From an uncultured Clostridia bacterium (GTDB taxonomy: Bacteria; Bacillota; Clostridia; UBA1381), in contig CAKSPW010000003.1 of NCBI GenBank assembly GCA_934486495.1, positions 2,050 to 66,049 of the forward strand: a stretch of DNA of 64,000 bases, given 5' to 3'. Made by a program: the position numbers and the translations under genes. Positions 54,072 through 64,000 of this stretch are shown piece after piece. Position 1 is the first letter of the stretch, and the number at the start of each line of letters is the position of its first letter. The notes beneath the pieces are model-generated. The model made no database searches, was not told where the DNA came from, and saw nothing but the letters and a program-made list of their open reading frames with translations.

Positions 54072-54115
54072 AAAAAAAGCTGCCGTGAACATTTGATTCA
54101 TTCGGCAGCTGTTTT
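54072..54115. terminator. Bidirectional terminator between convergent DUF1846 and trmD genes
   Basis: A-run, AGCTGCCG...CGGCAGCT, then T-run. It overlaps the trmD 3' end. Confidence 0.7.
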
Positions 54116-54850
54116 ATTATCGTCAATTGCTTTTTTTAAAAATTCCTTATCCTTATCGGACAGCTCGGCACTGCGGAGCATATCGGGACGCTTTTTAAGT
54201 GTGTTTAAAAGCGCTTGCTCTCTTTTCCATTTTTGAATATTTGCGTGATGCCCCGAAAGCAGTACCTCGGGCACTTTTCTGCCCATAAATTCCTCGGGAC
54301 GCGTATACTGCGGATATTCAAGAAGTCCCGAAAAGTGTGACTCCTCCGTATATGAGCTTTCTTCGCTGAGCACTCCCGGAACCATTCTCGAAACTGCGTC
54401 AACGACCGCCATGGCAGGTATTTCTCCGCCTGTGAGAACAAAGTCGCCGATGGATATTTCCTCGTCTACGATTTCGTCGATTATTCTTTGGTCAACGCCC
54501 TCGTAATGACCGCATAAAATTAATATATCCTCTTTTTGAAGCAGGGATTTTGCGGCGTTTTGATTGAAAATATTGCCCTGCGGCGACATATAAATCGTAT
54601 ACGGACGTTTTCCGATTTTCTCGCATACGCTTTCCCATGCCTTGTAAATCGGCTCGGGAGTCATAACCATGCCCATGCCTCCGCCGTATGGGTATAAATC
54701 TGTTTTCCTGTGCTTATTAAACGCAAAATCACGTATATTTATAAATTCAAGCGAAATAAGTCCGTTTTTTTCGGCACGACCTATAATACTCTCTCCGAGA
54801 GCGGAGCGCATCATATCGGGAAAAAGAGTTAAAATATGAAATGTAAGCAA
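54098..54850 (-). CDS. trmD: tRNA (guanine37-N1)-methyltransferase TrmD
   Basis: FHILTLFPDMM and SIGDFVLTGGEIPAMAVVDAVSR motifs. Apparent TTG start. Confidence 0.95.
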   Translation of the reverse strand: MLTFHILTLFPDMMRSALGESIIGRAEKNGLISLEFINIRDFAFNKHRKTDLYPYGGGMGMVMTPEPIYKAWESVCEKIGKRPYTIYMSPQGNIFNQNAAKSLLQKEDILILCGHYEGVDQRIIDEIVDEEISIGDFVLTGGEIPAMAVVDAVSRMVPGVLSEESSYTEESHFSGLLEYPQYTRPEEFMGRKVPEVLLSGHHANIQKWKREQALLNTLKKRPDMLRSAELSDKDKEFLKKAIDDNKTAAE

Positions 54851-54880
54851 AGAGTTTCACAGCCTTTCCGTCATATAAAA

Positions 54881-55387
54881 TCAATCTTCCCATTCTTCGG
54901 GTATGCAAACGACGATTTTTTTGTTATCGGTGTCAACGCTTTTAACGGTTTCATCACTTACCGAAAGCAAAAGCGGCTTTGCATCGTCACGCTTTATTTC
55001 GTATACATCTCTGCCGCCTGCCGGAAACACATCCGACAAAGTGCCGAATTTTTCGCCGTTTTCGTCAAATACCGCACAGCCTATAAGGTCGACTATATAG
55101 TATCTTCCGTCCTCAAGCGGAGGAAGCTCGCTTCTGTTTGCGCTTAGCACGCAATTTTTATAAAGCTCGGCTTCTTCGATTGAATTTATTTCATCGAATT
55201 TGACTATTATGTTGTTTTTTTGATACTTGATACCGACCGCATGAAGCTCCGTTTCGCCCCGGCGGTCGGCGGCGTATACGGTTTTAATGCTTTCAAAGGC
55301 CTCGGGAGTGTCAGTCCACGGAATAACCTTCACTTCTCCGCGCAAGCCGTGTGTATTAATTATTTTTCCAACTTCAAGCTTTGACAT
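54881..55387 (-). CDS. rimM: 16S rRNA processing protein RimM
   Basis: VGKIINTHGLRGEVKV N-terminus and a PRC barrel. Operon context. Confidence 0.9.
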   Translation of the reverse strand: MSKLEVGKIINTHGLRGEVKVIPWTDTPEAFESIKTVYAADRRGETELHAVGIKYQKNNIIVKFDEINSIEEAELYKNCVLSANRSELPPLEDGRYYIVDLIGCAVFDENGEKFGTLSDVFPAGGRDVYEIKRDDAKPLLLSVSDETVKSVDTDNKKIVVCIPEEWED

Positions 55388-55452
55388 ATCGCTCTACCTC
55401 CGTTTAAGAAAAAAATCCGCAGTTTCGGCGGATTTTCTCAGAATTATTGTCG

Positions 55453-55680
55453 TTATATTATTTCTACAACAACGTGCTTGTTTTCACGGCTTGCAGCCGC
55501 CTTAACAACGGTTCTGATAGCCTTGGCAATTCTGCCCTGCTTGCCGATAACCTTACCCATGTCGCTTTCGTCAACTCTCAGCTCGAGAGTAACAGAGTCG
55601 TCACCGACAACCTCGTTTATGCTTACAGCTTCAGGATGGTCAACAAGCGATTTTGCAATTATCTCTAAAACCTGTTTCAT
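55453..55680 (-). CDS. KH-domain RNA-binding protein (YlqC/UPF0109)
   Basis: MGKVIGKQGRIAKAIRTVV, the GxxG KH motif. 75 aa. Confidence 0.9.
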   Translation of the reverse strand: MKQVLEIIAKSLVDHPEAVSINEVVGDDSVTLELRVDESDMGKVIGKQGRIAKAIRTVVKAAASRENKHVVVEII

Positions 55681-55704
55681 GATAATCCCTCCGTAAAAAG
55701 GCGA

Positions 55705-55947
55705 TTAAAGAATATTAGCTTTCTTCAAAAGAGCCTTTACTGTATCTGTCGGCTGAGCGCCGTTGCCAATCCATTTCTTTGCCTTTTCAGCGTCAATGTT
55801 GATTGTTCCGGGGTCTGTCATAGGGTTGTATGTTCCGATTTCTTCGATAAATCTTCCGTCACGCGGATATCTTGAATCTGCAACAACTACTCTGTAAAAC
55901 GGACTCTTTTTAGCACCCATTCTTCTAAGTCTGATTTTTACTGCCAT
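55705..55947 (-). CDS. rpsP: 30S ribosomal protein S16
   Basis: [26 protein letters not shown]. The start at Met4 of the track ORF follows GGAGGTG. Confidence 0.95.
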   Translation of the reverse strand: MAVKIRLRRMGAKKSPFYRVVVADSRYPRDGRFIEEIGTYNPMTDPGTINIDAEKAKKWIGNGAQPTDTVKALLKKANIL

Positions 55948-55999
55948 TTGTTTCACCTCCTTAAAGTGATGATATATCCTGAATGAATTAAATTCATAA

Positions 56000-57343
56000 T
56001 CAGCGCATTTTTCTGAGCTTTTTCAGCATTTTTTGCTGTTTCGGGCTTGAGAACTGTTTCATAACCTTTTGCATTTCGGCAAATTGCTTTAAAAGCTGAT
56101 TTACATCCTGCACACGTGTTCCGCTGCCTTTTGCAATTCTTATCTTTCTGTTCGCACCTATGATTTGCGGTTTTCTGCGTTCTTCGAGAGTCATTGACTG
56201 AATAATGGCTTCCGTGTGGCGCAGACGCTTTTCGTTTTCCTCGGTGTCAACCTGCTCTATAAGTTTTTTATCAACTCCGGGGAGCATACCCATTATTTGA
56301 GCGATTGAACCCATTTTTCTTATTTGCTTAAACTGCTGAAGAAAATCGTCAAGGTCAAACGACCTGTCCTTGATTTTCTGTTCAAGCTCGGCTGCTTTTT
56401 TTTCGTCAATAGCTTCTTGCGCTTTGTCTATAAGCGTGAGCACGTCGCCCATGCCGAGTATTCTCGATGCCATTCTGTCGGGATAAAACGGCTCCAAATC
56501 GCCAAGCTTTTCTCCGACAGAGGCAAGCTTTATCGGCTTCCCGGTTATGTGCTTTACCGAAAGTGCCGCACCGCCTCGTGTATCGCCGTCAAGCTTTGAA
56601 AGTATTACGCCTGTAATATCAAGGTCTTTATTAAACGTATCTGCAACGTTTACCGCATCCTGACCGGTCATTGCATCGACCACAAGAAGTATTTCTTTAG
56701 GATTTACGGCATCTTTTATCTCTTTAAGCTCCTGCATAAGAGCCTCATCAATTTGAAGTCTGCCGGCTGTATCTATAATAACAGGGTCGTTACCGTGTAT
56801 TTTGGCGTGTTCAACAGCTTTTTTTGCAATCTCGACAGGACTGACATCAGTTCCCATTGAGAACACTGCCGCTTTTACCTGCTCGCCCAAAACCTCAAGC
56901 TGCTTAACGGCTGCCGGTCTGTAAACGTCGGCGGCAACGAGAAGCGGTCGCTTTCCGGATGATTTTATAAGATGCTTTGCAAGCTTTCCGCACGCCGTTG
57001 TTTTACCTGCACCCTGAAGACCGCACAGCATAAATACTGTCGGAGGCTTGTTTTCAAATTCAAGACGTGAGCACTCACCGCCCATAAGCGCTGTAAGCTC
57101 ATCGTTTACTATTTTAACTATCTGCTGACCGGGTGTGAGAGATTCCATAACCTCTTGACCGACAGCCTTTTCCGACACCGAATTTACAAAATGCTTAACA
57201 ACCTTGAAGTTAACATCCGCCTCAAGAAGTGCAAGCTTAACCTCACGCATTGCGTCTTTTATATCTTTTTCAGTAAGCTTTGCGCCGCCGCGCAGCTTTT
57301 TAAATACGCCTTGCAGCTTTTCGCCGAGACTTTCAAATGCCAC
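56000..57343 (-). CDS. ffh: Signal recognition particle protein Ffh
   Basis: [14 protein letters not shown], a methionine-rich M domain, and a GTG start. Confidence 0.97.
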   Translation of the reverse strand: MAFESLGEKLQGVFKKLRGGAKLTEKDIKDAMREVKLALLEADVNFKVVKHFVNSVSEKAVGQEVMESLTPGQQIVKIVNDELTALMGGECSRLEFENKPPTVFMLCGLQGAGKTTACGKLAKHLIKSSGKRPLLVAADVYRPAAVKQLEVLGEQVKAAVFSMGTDVSPVEIAKKAVEHAKIHGNDPVIIDTAGRLQIDEALMQELKEIKDAVNPKEILLVVDAMTGQDAVNVADTFNKDLDITGVILSKLDGDTRGGAALSVKHITGKPIKLASVGEKLGDLEPFYPDRMASRILGMGDVLTLIDKAQEAIDEKKAAELEQKIKDRSFDLDDFLQQFKQIRKMGSIAQIMGMLPGVDKKLIEQVDTEENEKRLRHTEAIIQSMTLEERRKPQIIGANRKIRIAKGSGTRVQDVNQLLKQFAEMQKVMKQFSSPKQQKMLKKLRKMR

Positions 57344-57360
57344 TTATATTCACCATCCCT

Positions 57361-57708
57361 TTACAGCTGCCGCAAAACCGATTCGATAAGGTTTTTCAGC
57401 CGCTCAAGCTCTTTATTTTTACCTGATTTTTTCTCTATATCGTCCGCAAGATTTTCAATCTCCGATATTTTTTCTTTAATGCTTATAAATTTGCCTGCCA
57501 AGGAAAGCTTTTTTTCAAATTCCTCAAGCTGTTTTTCACCGCGTTTTATAAAATCCCGAACGCCCTGACGGCTTATACCGAGCTCATCGGCAATTTCGCC
57601 CAGCGACAAATCATCATTATAATAATAATCGAGTGCCATGCGCTGTTTTTCGGTCAGGAGCTGTCCGTAGAAGTCCATAAGCATACTGATATTAAGATTT
57701 TTTTCCAT
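57361..57708 (-). CDS. ylxM: YlxM/UPF0122 putative DNA-binding protein
   Basis: LLTEKQRMALDYYYNDDLSLGEIADELGISRQGVRD. It lies upstream of ffh, as in Bacillus. Confidence 0.9.
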   Translation of the reverse strand: MEKNLNISMLMDFYGQLLTEKQRMALDYYYNDDLSLGEIADELGISRQGVRDFIKRGEKQLEEFEKKLSLAGKFISIKEKISEIENLADDIEKKSGKNKELERLKNLIESVLRQL

Positions 57709-57761
57709 CAGCTTCACTCCAAATATTTTTTTAGAAGCTGTAAAGCTATATCACTTTACAC

Positions 57762-57790
57762 ATTATACAACATTTTTATTTGTTTGTCAA
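57762..57790 (-). promoter_or_regulatory. Consensus sigma-A promoter of the ylxM-ffh operon (TTGACA-17-TATAAT on minus)
   Basis: The plus strand shows attata at 57762..57767 and tgtcaa at 57785..57790. Confidence 0.65.
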
Positions 57791-57827
57791 GAGTTTTTTT
57801 AATCTACGTTAAATTATTAAAAATAAA

Positions 57828-57856
57828 TTGACACAAACGTGCTTTTGTGGTACAAT
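57828..57856 (+). promoter_or_regulatory. Sigma-A promoter of ung-polA (TTGACA-17-TACAAT)
   Basis: Hexamers at 57828..57833 and 57851..57856. Divergent from the ylxM promoter. Confidence 0.65.
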
Positions 57857-57905
57857 ATGCATAGGAATATATTTGCGCCGTGGGCGCAGAGGAGTTGTAA
57901 TCGAT

Positions 57906-58580
57906 ATGGTTCATATAGGAAATGATTGGGATGCGCTGCTTTCGGGCGAGTTTGAGAAGGATTATTACAAAAAGCTTAGGATGTTTTTAAAGGAGGAGTA
58001 TTCTCATCATAAAATTCATCCGGATATGTACGATATATTTAATGCTCTTAAGCTGACATCGTATGCAGAGTGTAAAGCCGTTATTCTCGGTCAGGACCCT
58101 TATCACGGTGAAAATCAGGCGCACGGACTTGCGTTTTCGGTACAAAAGGGCGTTGCAATTCCGCCGTCGCTGCTGAATATGTATAAGGAGCTCAATGCCG
58201 AACTCGGGTGTTTTATTCCAAATAACGGCTATCTTGAAAAATGGGCAAGGCAGGGTGTTTTGCTTTTGAATACATCGCTTACCGTACGTGACGGCTTGGC
58301 AAATTCGCACAGAAATAAAGGCTGGGAAATATTTACCGACTTTGTTATAGAAAAGCTGAGCCAAAGAGAAGATCCGGTTATTTTTCTTTTATGGGGGAAT
58401 AATGCAAAGGAGAAGGAGAAAATTATTACCGGCAAACAGCATTTTGTGCTTAAAACCGTTCATCCGAGTCCGCTTTCGGCGTCAAGAGGTTTTTTCGGCT
58501 GCGGTCACTTTGCTAAAACAAACGAAATTCTGAAAAATCTCGGCAAAGCTCCGATAGATTGGCAGATTGAAAATATTTGA
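57906..58580 (+). CDS. ung: Uracil-DNA glycosylase, family 1
   Basis: GQDPYH and HPSPLS motifs. The start is at Met27 of the track ORF. Confidence 0.95.
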   Translation: MVHIGNDWDALLSGEFEKDYYKKLRMFLKEEYSHHKIHPDMYDIFNALKLTSYAECKAVILGQDPYHGENQAHGLAFSVQKGVAIPPSLLNMYKELNAELGCFIPNNGYLEKWARQGVLLLNTSLTVRDGLANSHRNKGWEIFTDFVIEKLSQREDPVIFLLWGNNAKEKEKIITGKQHFVLKTVHPSPLSASRGFFGCGHFAKTNEILKNLGKAPIDWQIENI

Positions 58581-58593
58581 GGAGACAGAATTA

Positions 58594-61200
58594 ATGAAAA
58601 AATTGCTTATATTAGACTCAAACAGCATTATTAACAGAGCATTTTACGGAATAAAAAAATACTTATCGGCGCCCGACGGAACACCGACGGGGGCGATTTA
58701 CGGCTTTTTAAATATACTTTTTAAGCTTATAAATGACGAAAAACCCGATTACGTATGCGGTGCGTTTGACTTAAAGGCACCGACTTTTCGTCATAAAATG
58801 TATGCCGAGTATAAGGCAGGCAGACGTCCAATGCCGGATGATTTAAAGGCACAAATGCCGATTGCAAGGGAAATTCTAAAGAGCATGGATATACCGGTTT
58901 TGGAAATTGAGGGCTATGAAGCGGACGATATAATAGGCACGGTTTCAAGAATTTGCGACCGGAGCGGTATAAAATGCCTTATCGCAACGGGTGATAAGGA
59001 CGATTTACAGCTTGTAAGCGAAAATACGAATGTTATTTTAACTGTTTCACGTTCGGGCGAGAGCGAAACGGTTTGTTACGGAATTGATGAGGTCAGGGAA
59101 CGTTACGGTGTTACGCCGTCGGAATTTATAGATATAAAGGCGCTTATGGGCGACCAGTCCGATAACATACCCGGCGTTAAGGGTATAGGCGAAAAGGGCG
59201 CAATGAAGTATATCGGTGAATTTCACAGCATAGAAGCGCTTTATGAAAATCTTGACGCATCGGGTATTAAGGGTGCGGCGCTTGAAAAGCTAAAGGCGGG
59301 GAAAGAGTCGGCATTTATGAGTAAAACGCTTGCGACAATCTGCACTAAGGTGCCTATTGATTTTAACAGTGAGGACTGTACGTTTGATTTCGGTGCGCTT
59401 GCGGAAAAGAAAGAGTTTATTGCCGTTTTGGAAAGACTCGGTCTTAATTCGTTTATAAAAAAGCTCGGAGCATCAAACGGAAAGAACAAAACATTTTTTG
59501 ATAAAATGGTAATATGCGTCGATATTCCCGAAAACATCAGGGAGTGTGCCTGTACGCTTGAATTTGACGGCGGAGAATTGGTCGGTGCGTGCATATGCTC
59601 GGGAAACGATGTTTTTTGGGCAAAGGGCAGTGAGAAAGAAATTATCGAAAAGATTTCTCCCGTTCTTGAAAATGAAACCATACCAAAATATATGTTTGAC
59701 TGTAAGGAGCATCTTGTTAAGCTGAAAAATAAAGTCGAGATTAAAAATCTTAAGGCAGATATTGAAATAGGCGCTTATCTTATAAATCCGTCAAAGAGCA
59801 GCTATACGATTTTCGGGCTTCTTGATGAAATGCTTGGCGTTGAGCCGCCGCAAACCGAAGCAAATGTGCAGATGAGTCTTTTTGATGATGTCCCCGAGAA
59901 CGACACGCTTGCAAAGTGTGCGTTTTCGATTATTCCGTTGTGGAAGGAGATAGAAAAGCGTCTTGAGGAAAAGGGACTTATGAAACTTTTCAGCGACATG
60001 GAAATGCCTCTTGTTTCCGTTCTTGCGGATATGGAATACGAGGGATTTAAGGTCGATACCGGAGAACTTTGCAGATTCGGAAATTATCTTTCCGAAAGTG
60101 CGGATAAAATAAAGGAAGAAATATATGAGCTTTGCGGTGAGGAATTTAACATAAACTCTCCGAAACAGCTGGGTGTGGTGCTTTTTGAAAAGCTTGGGTT
60201 AAAGCCGGCAAAGAAAACGAAAACAGGCTATGCAACAGGTGCGGAGGTACTCGAAAAGCTGCGAGGTAAGCACCCGGTTACAGAGCTGATTTTAAAGTAC
60301 AGACAGCTTATGAAGCTGAAATCAACGTATTGTGACGGACTTTTAGCTGTTGCCGACAAAGCTACGGGAAAAATTCATACGGTATTTAATCAGACGGTAA
60401 CGGTTACGGGACGCTTAAGCTCGGCAGAGCCTAATCTTCAAAATATACCTGTAAGAACGGAGCTTGGCAGAGAACTCAGAAAAATGTTTATAGCGTCGAG
60501 CGATGACAATATTTTGCTTGATGCGGATTATTCGCAGATAGAGCTTAGAATACTTGCGCATATGTCGGATGATACCGTTATGAAAAATGCATTTATAAAT
60601 GGTGAGGACGTTCATGCCGTGACGGCGTCGCAGGTGTTTGACGTTCCGCTTTGCGAGGTTACTCCCGAACAAAGAAGCTTTGCCAAAACAGTCAATTTCG
60701 GTATAGTTTACGGAATGGGCGAGTTCAGTTTGGCGCAGGACCTTAAAATTTCGGTCAAAGAGGCTAAAAGCTATATAAGTCAGTATTGGGAAAAATACAG
60801 CGGTGTTCATGATTTCATGGAAACAACAAGAGAAAATGCGAAAAAATACGGATATGTTAAAACTCTGTTCGGCAGAATGAGATATTTACCGGAGCTTAAG
60901 TCTCCGAATTACAACATACGCTCGTTCGGTGAACGTGCCGCTTCAAATGCGCCTATTCAGGGTACGGCGGCGGATATTATAAAAATAGCTATGATTCGTG
61001 TTCACGACAGACTGAAAAAGGAAAAGCTTAAAGCGAAGCTTATTATGCAGGTTCATGACGAGCTTATTTTGGAGCTTCCGAAAAACGAGCTTGAAAGTGC
61101 AAAAAAATTATTGAGAGAGGAAATGGAGGGTGCGGCGGCGCTCAGCGTTCCGCTCAAGGTTGAAATGGCGGAGGGCAGAAGCTGGTATGACGCAAAATAA
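58594..61200 (+). CDS. polA: DNA polymerase I
   Basis: 5'-nuclease domain (LLILDSNSIINRAFY), then polymerase motifs DYSQIELRILAH and QVHDELILE. The start at ATG 58594 follows GAGGAG. Confidence 0.97.
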   Translation: MKKLLILDSNSIINRAFYGIKKYLSAPDGTPTGAIYGFLNILFKLINDEKPDYVCGAFDLKAPTFRHKMYAEYKAGRRPMPDDLKAQMPIAREILKSMDIPVLEIEGYEADDIIGTVSRICDRSGIKCLIATGDKDDLQLVSENTNVILTVSRSGESETVCYGIDEVRERYGVTPSEFIDIKALMGDQSDNIPGVKGIGEKGAMKYIGEFHSIEALYENLDASGIKGAALEKLKAGKESAFMSKTLATICTKVPIDFNSEDCTFDFGALAEKKEFIAVLERLGLNSFIKKLGASNGKNKTFFDKMVICVDIPENIRECACTLEFDGGELVGACICSGNDVFWAKGSEKEIIEKISPVLENETIPKYMFDCKEHLVKLKNKVEIKNLKADIEIGAYLINPSKSSYTIFGLLDEMLGVEPPQTEANVQMSLFDDVPENDTLAKCAFSIIPLWKEIEKRLEEKGLMKLFSDMEMPLVSVLADMEYEGFKVDTGELCRFGNYLSESADKIKEEIYELCGEEFNINSPKQLGVVLFEKLGLKPAKKTKTGYATGAEVLEKLRGKHPVTELILKYRQLMKLKSTYCDGLLAVADKATGKIHTVFNQTVTVTGRLSSAEPNLQNIPVRTELGRELRKMFIASSDDNILLDADYSQIELRILAHMSDDTVMKNAFINGEDVHAVTASQVFDVPLCEVTPEQRSFAKTVNFGIVYGMGEFSLAQDLKISVKEAKSYISQYWEKYSGVHDFMETTRENAKKYGYVKTLFGRMRYLPELKSPNYNIRSFGERAASNAPIQGTAADIIKIAMIRVHDRLKKEKLKAKLIMQVHDELILELPKNELESAKKLLREEMEGAAALSVPLKVEMAEGRSWYDAK

Positions 61201-61807
61201 ATTTCTTTTCGGTATAACGGGCGGCAGCGGCTGCGGCAAAACGACGGCTTCGGATATTTTGAGGGAAAGAGGCTATACGGTTATAGATTGTGATATTATT
61301 TCAAGAGAGGTTACGGCGGTCGGGAGCGAATGCCTAAGAGAGCTTACGGACGAATTCGGCGTGAGAATACTTTTAGCAGACGGTTCGCTTTGCAGAAAGG
61401 CGTTGGGGAAAATCGTTTTTTCATCGCAGGAGATGCTCAAGCGGTTAAACGAAATAACGCATAAGTATATACTCGAGGAAATATATCGGCAGGCGGAGCT
61501 TTCTGAATGCGAAATTGTCGGAATAGACGGTGCGGTGCTTATAGAGAGCGGAGTGTCGGATAAGTGCAGGCGCATGATAGGAGTTTTGGCGGAGCGTGAG
61601 ATAAGGGTAAACAGGATAGTAAGCCGTGACGGAATTTCAAGAGAGGACGCCGAAAACAGAATTAATTCACAAAAAGTTGATAACTTTTATATTGAAAATT
61701 GCGATTATATATTGTATAATAATAATGGAAAAGAAGAGCTTAGACGGCAGATTGAGGGGGTTTGTTTAAAATTAGAAGAAGAAAGAAAAAAAGACATGGC
61801 ATTATAA
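61187..61807 (+). CDS. coaE: Dephospho-CoA kinase
   Basis: FGITGGSGCGKTT P-loop. The start at Met20 of the track ORF overlaps the polA end by 14 nt. Confidence 0.9.
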   Translation: MTQNKFLFGITGGSGCGKTTASDILRERGYTVIDCDIISREVTAVGSECLRELTDEFGVRILLADGSLCRKALGKIVFSSQEMLKRLNEITHKYILEEIYRQAELSECEIVGIDGAVLIESGVSDKCRRMIGVLAEREIRVNRIVSRDGISREDAENRINSQKVDNFYIENCDYILYNNNGKEELRRQIEGVCLKLEEERKKDMAL

Positions 61808-62367
61808 AGCTTGTTATTATCGTTATTCTTATGGCGTTTGCGGTCAGAATAGGTGTTATAACGTGTAAAAACCTGTTATATCCTTTTGATTATCAGGATA
61901 TCATAGTAAAGTATTCAAACGAATATAATCTTGATGAGGCACTCGTTATGGCGGTTATTAAGACGGAAAGCAATTTTGTGCATGACGCTCATTCGGGCAA
62001 GGCAAGCGGACTTATGCAGCTGACGGATGAAACGGCGGATTGGGTATGCAAAAGGCTTGATGTAAAGCGTGAAAGCATAGAGCTTATGAATCCAAAGGAT
62101 AATATACGGCTCGGGTGTTATTATCTGTCGTATTTGATAAAATACTACGACGGGAATATTGACGTTGCGCTTGCGGCATACAACGGTGGCCCGGGAAATG
62201 TGGATAAGTGGCTTAAAAACAAAGAATATTCGTCCGACGGAATTAATCTTAAGTACATACCGTTTAAGGAAACGAGGGAATATGTTCAAAAGGTAAATTC
62301 GCAAAAAGTCATTTATGAAAAAATGATAAGCGGAGAGGAAATTATTAAAAATTATGAAAAGAGGTAA
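61762..62367 (+). CDS. Lytic transglycosylase (SLT domain) with N-terminal TM anchor
   Basis: ESNF...GLMQL...AAYNGGPGNV motifs. The start is uncertain: the only candidate that keeps the TM helix is TTG 61762, which overlaps coaE by 46 nt. Confidence 0.75.
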   Translation: MFKIRRRKKKRHGIIKLVIIVILMAFAVRIGVITCKNLLYPFDYQDIIVKYSNEYNLDEALVMAVIKTESNFVHDAHSGKASGLMQLTDETADWVCKRLDVKRESIELMNPKDNIRLGCYYLSYLIKYYDGNIDVALAAYNGGPGNVDKWLKNKEYSSDGINLKYIPFKETREYVQKVNSQKVIYEKMISGEEIIKNYEKR

Positions 62368-62373
62368 TTTATC

Positions 62374-62994
62374 ATGGCAAAGAAATCAATTGTTATAGGC
62401 AGGCATTTCGGAAGCGGCGGCTTCAATATAGGTAAAAGACTTGCCGAAGAACTCGGATATGAATTTTATGACAAGGAGCTCGTTGAGCTTGCGGCAAAGA
62501 AGGGTAATTTCAGTGAGGAAACGGTAAAAAAACTTGATGAAAACGCAAAATCGAGCTTTTTGTACTCTATCGCTATGGGAAATTATACCGTAGGTACGCT
62601 CGGAGGTCCGGTTTATTACGATTTGCCGATAAACGATAAGCTCTTTTTAACGCAGTCGGATATAATAAAGGAAAAGGCAATGAAATCACCGTGCGTATTT
62701 GTCGGAAGATGTGCCGATTACGTTCTTAAAACGGCTGAAATGCCCGTGCTCAGCGTATTTATTTATGCAGATCCCGAATACAAGATAGAGAGGGTTATGG
62801 AAAAATACAATCTTACGAGTCAGCAGGCAAAGGAGAAGGTTATCAAAACCGAAAAGCGCAGACGCTCGTATTACGATTATTATACAAACAGCGAATGGGG
62901 CGTTATGAAAAATTACGATTTGTGTCTTAACTCGGCGGTGCTTGGCGAGGATAAGTGCGTAGAAATTATTAAATCGGTTATCGGGGGAAACTAA
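62374..62994 (+). CDS. Cytidylate-kinase-like family protein
   Basis: IVIGRHFGSGGFNIGKRLAEELGYEFYDKEL, typical of the clostridial cmk-like family. Confidence 0.7.
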   Translation: MAKKSIVIGRHFGSGGFNIGKRLAEELGYEFYDKELVELAAKKGNFSEETVKKLDENAKSSFLYSIAMGNYTVGTLGGPVYYDLPINDKLFLTQSDIIKEKAMKSPCVFVGRCADYVLKTAEMPVLSVFIYADPEYKIERVMEKYNLTSQQAKEKVIKTEKRRRSYYDYYTNSEWGVMKNYDLCLNSAVLGEDKCVEIIKSVIGGN

Positions 62995-63807
62995 ATGCTG
63001 GCGGAAATGATTAAAACTGTTATACTCGGTATTGTTGAGGGGTTTACGGAGTGGTTGCCCATAAGCTCTACCGGGCATATGATACTTGTAAACGAGATTA
63101 TAAAAAACAAAGACTGCTTCACGTCGTCGGATTTGTACTTGTATGTTATACAGCTCGGTGCAATACTTGCCGTGGTTACACTGTATTTTCACAAGCTTAA
63201 TCCGTTTTCTCCGAAAAAGACGAAAAAGGAAAAGACGGATACATGGCAGATGTGGTTTAAGGTCATAGCAGGTTGTGTTCCAGCGGCGGTTATCGGACTC
63301 ATTCTCGATAAATATATGGAGTCCTTTGAAAACTGGCTTGTCGTTTCGGCGATGCTGATTGTTTACGGTTTTGCGTTCATACTTATAGAAAGCAGGTCAA
63401 GAAAGCCGAAAATATCGTCCATGAACGAAATGACGTATAAAACCGCATTGCTGATTGGAATGTTTCAGGTTTTGTCGATTATTCCCGGAACATCACGCTC
63501 CGGAGCTACAATTCTCGGTGCGATTATAATCGGCTGTTCAAGAAGCGTTGCCGCTGAATTTTCGTTCTTTATGGCTATACCGGTAATGTTCGGTGTAAGT
63601 TTGCTGAAAATAGTCAAATACGGTCTTGCGATGAGCCTCGGCGATGCGACTGTGCTTATAACCGGAATGATAATAGCATACATAGTATCAATGCTGTCGA
63701 TAAAATTCCTGATGAATTATGTGAGAAAGCATAATTTCAAGCCGTTTGGATATTATAGAATTATACTCGGCATAGCGGTTATATTGTATTTCTCATTTAT
63801 TGCATAG
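62995..63807 (+). CDS. uppP: Undecaprenyl-diphosphatase
   Basis: VEGFTEWLPISSTGHMIL and PGTSRSGATI motifs. Confidence 0.95.
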   Translation: MLAEMIKTVILGIVEGFTEWLPISSTGHMILVNEIIKNKDCFTSSDLYLYVIQLGAILAVVTLYFHKLNPFSPKKTKKEKTDTWQMWFKVIAGCVPAAVIGLILDKYMESFENWLVVSAMLIVYGFAFILIESRSRKPKISSMNEMTYKTALLIGMFQVLSIIPGTSRSGATILGAIIIGCSRSVAAEFSFFMAIPVMFGVSLLKIVKYGLAMSLGDATVLITGMIIAYIVSMLSIKFLMNYVRKHNFKPFGYYRIILGIAVILYFSFIA

Positions 63808-63820
63808 GAAGAGGATTAAA

Positions 63821-64000
63821 ATGATTTTTAAAGATATTTGCAGGGCGTTTAACGCAAATAACTATGTTGATTTCAAAAAAAGAACGACGGGAGATGTGCT
63901 TGCGTATATTGCGGTGATTTTACTCATTTGCAGTATAGGTTCGATAATCGTTCCCACCGCTCGCATAGCAACTAAAATCTTTTCGGGATTTATGAGCGAG
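63821..64000 (+). CDS. Membrane protein, 5' fragment (possibly DUF1189), cut by window edge
   Basis: ATG after GGAAGAGG. Sequence: MIFKDICRAFNANNYVDFKKRTTGDVLAYIAVILLICSIGSII... Confidence 0.4.
   Translation, partial: MIFKDICRAFNANNYVDFKKRTTGDVLAYIAVILLICSIGSIIVPTARIATKIFSGFMSE

Noticed and set aside
1-64000. CRISPR arrays, rRNA genes, intact IS/transposase or prophage genes, and toxin-antitoxin or known defence-system signatures
   Set aside because: I scanned by eye for regularly spaced repeats and for nuclease, helicase, methylase or integrase-plus-att patterns. None was found, apart from the Xer-like recombinase, which lacks mobile-element context.

Overview
This 64-kb window looks like a low-GC Gram-positive (Clostridia-like) chromosome segment. 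The taxon is inferred only from gene content: SLH-anchored surface proteins, a CIRCE/hrcA operon, an agr-type cassette and TTGACA-N17-TATAAT promoters. All calls come from reading the sequence and the ORF track, with no database search. Family names are motif-level recognitions and RNA boundaries are approximate.

Housekeeping blocks:
- rpsT, tRNA-Leu(UAG), tRNA-Gly(CCC) and RNase P RNA
- a class A PBP
- hrcA-grpE-dnaK-dnaJ behind a perfect CIRCE operator
- the ylxM-ffh-rpsP-KH-rimM-trmD operon
- ung-polA-coaE, a lytic transglycosylase and uppP
- queT behind a preQ1-I riboswitch

Accessory or unusual parts:
1. At the left edge is an agr-like quorum-sensing cassette in the order RR-HK-peptide-AgrB. 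Its 51-aa AgrD-like propeptide contains no cysteine.
2. At 9.4-29.6 kb is a ~20-kb glycan-utilisation-type locus. It encodes an LplABC-type ABC importer, a YesMN-type two-component system, four very large secreted SLH/discoidin proteins and two glycosidase-like proteins. The locus contains three ~915-bp near-identical coding modules with a mosaic similarity pattern.
3. At 45.8-48.0 kb a 1.9-kb self-contained cassette sits between dnaJ and a MATE efflux gene. It carries its own promoter, a secreted beta-helix-like protein, a translationally coupled unannotated 51-aa ORF, a terminator and an ISL3-like transposase remnant. It is bracketed by 164-bp direct repeats that duplicate the dnaJ terminator, a consensus promoter and a short terminator-embedded leader RNA.
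4. At 51.0-52.5 kb an XRE-HTH protein fused to a desulfoferrodoxin-like domain is translationally coupled to an AraC regulator.

I saw no CRISPR array, rRNA, intact transposase or recognisable defence system.
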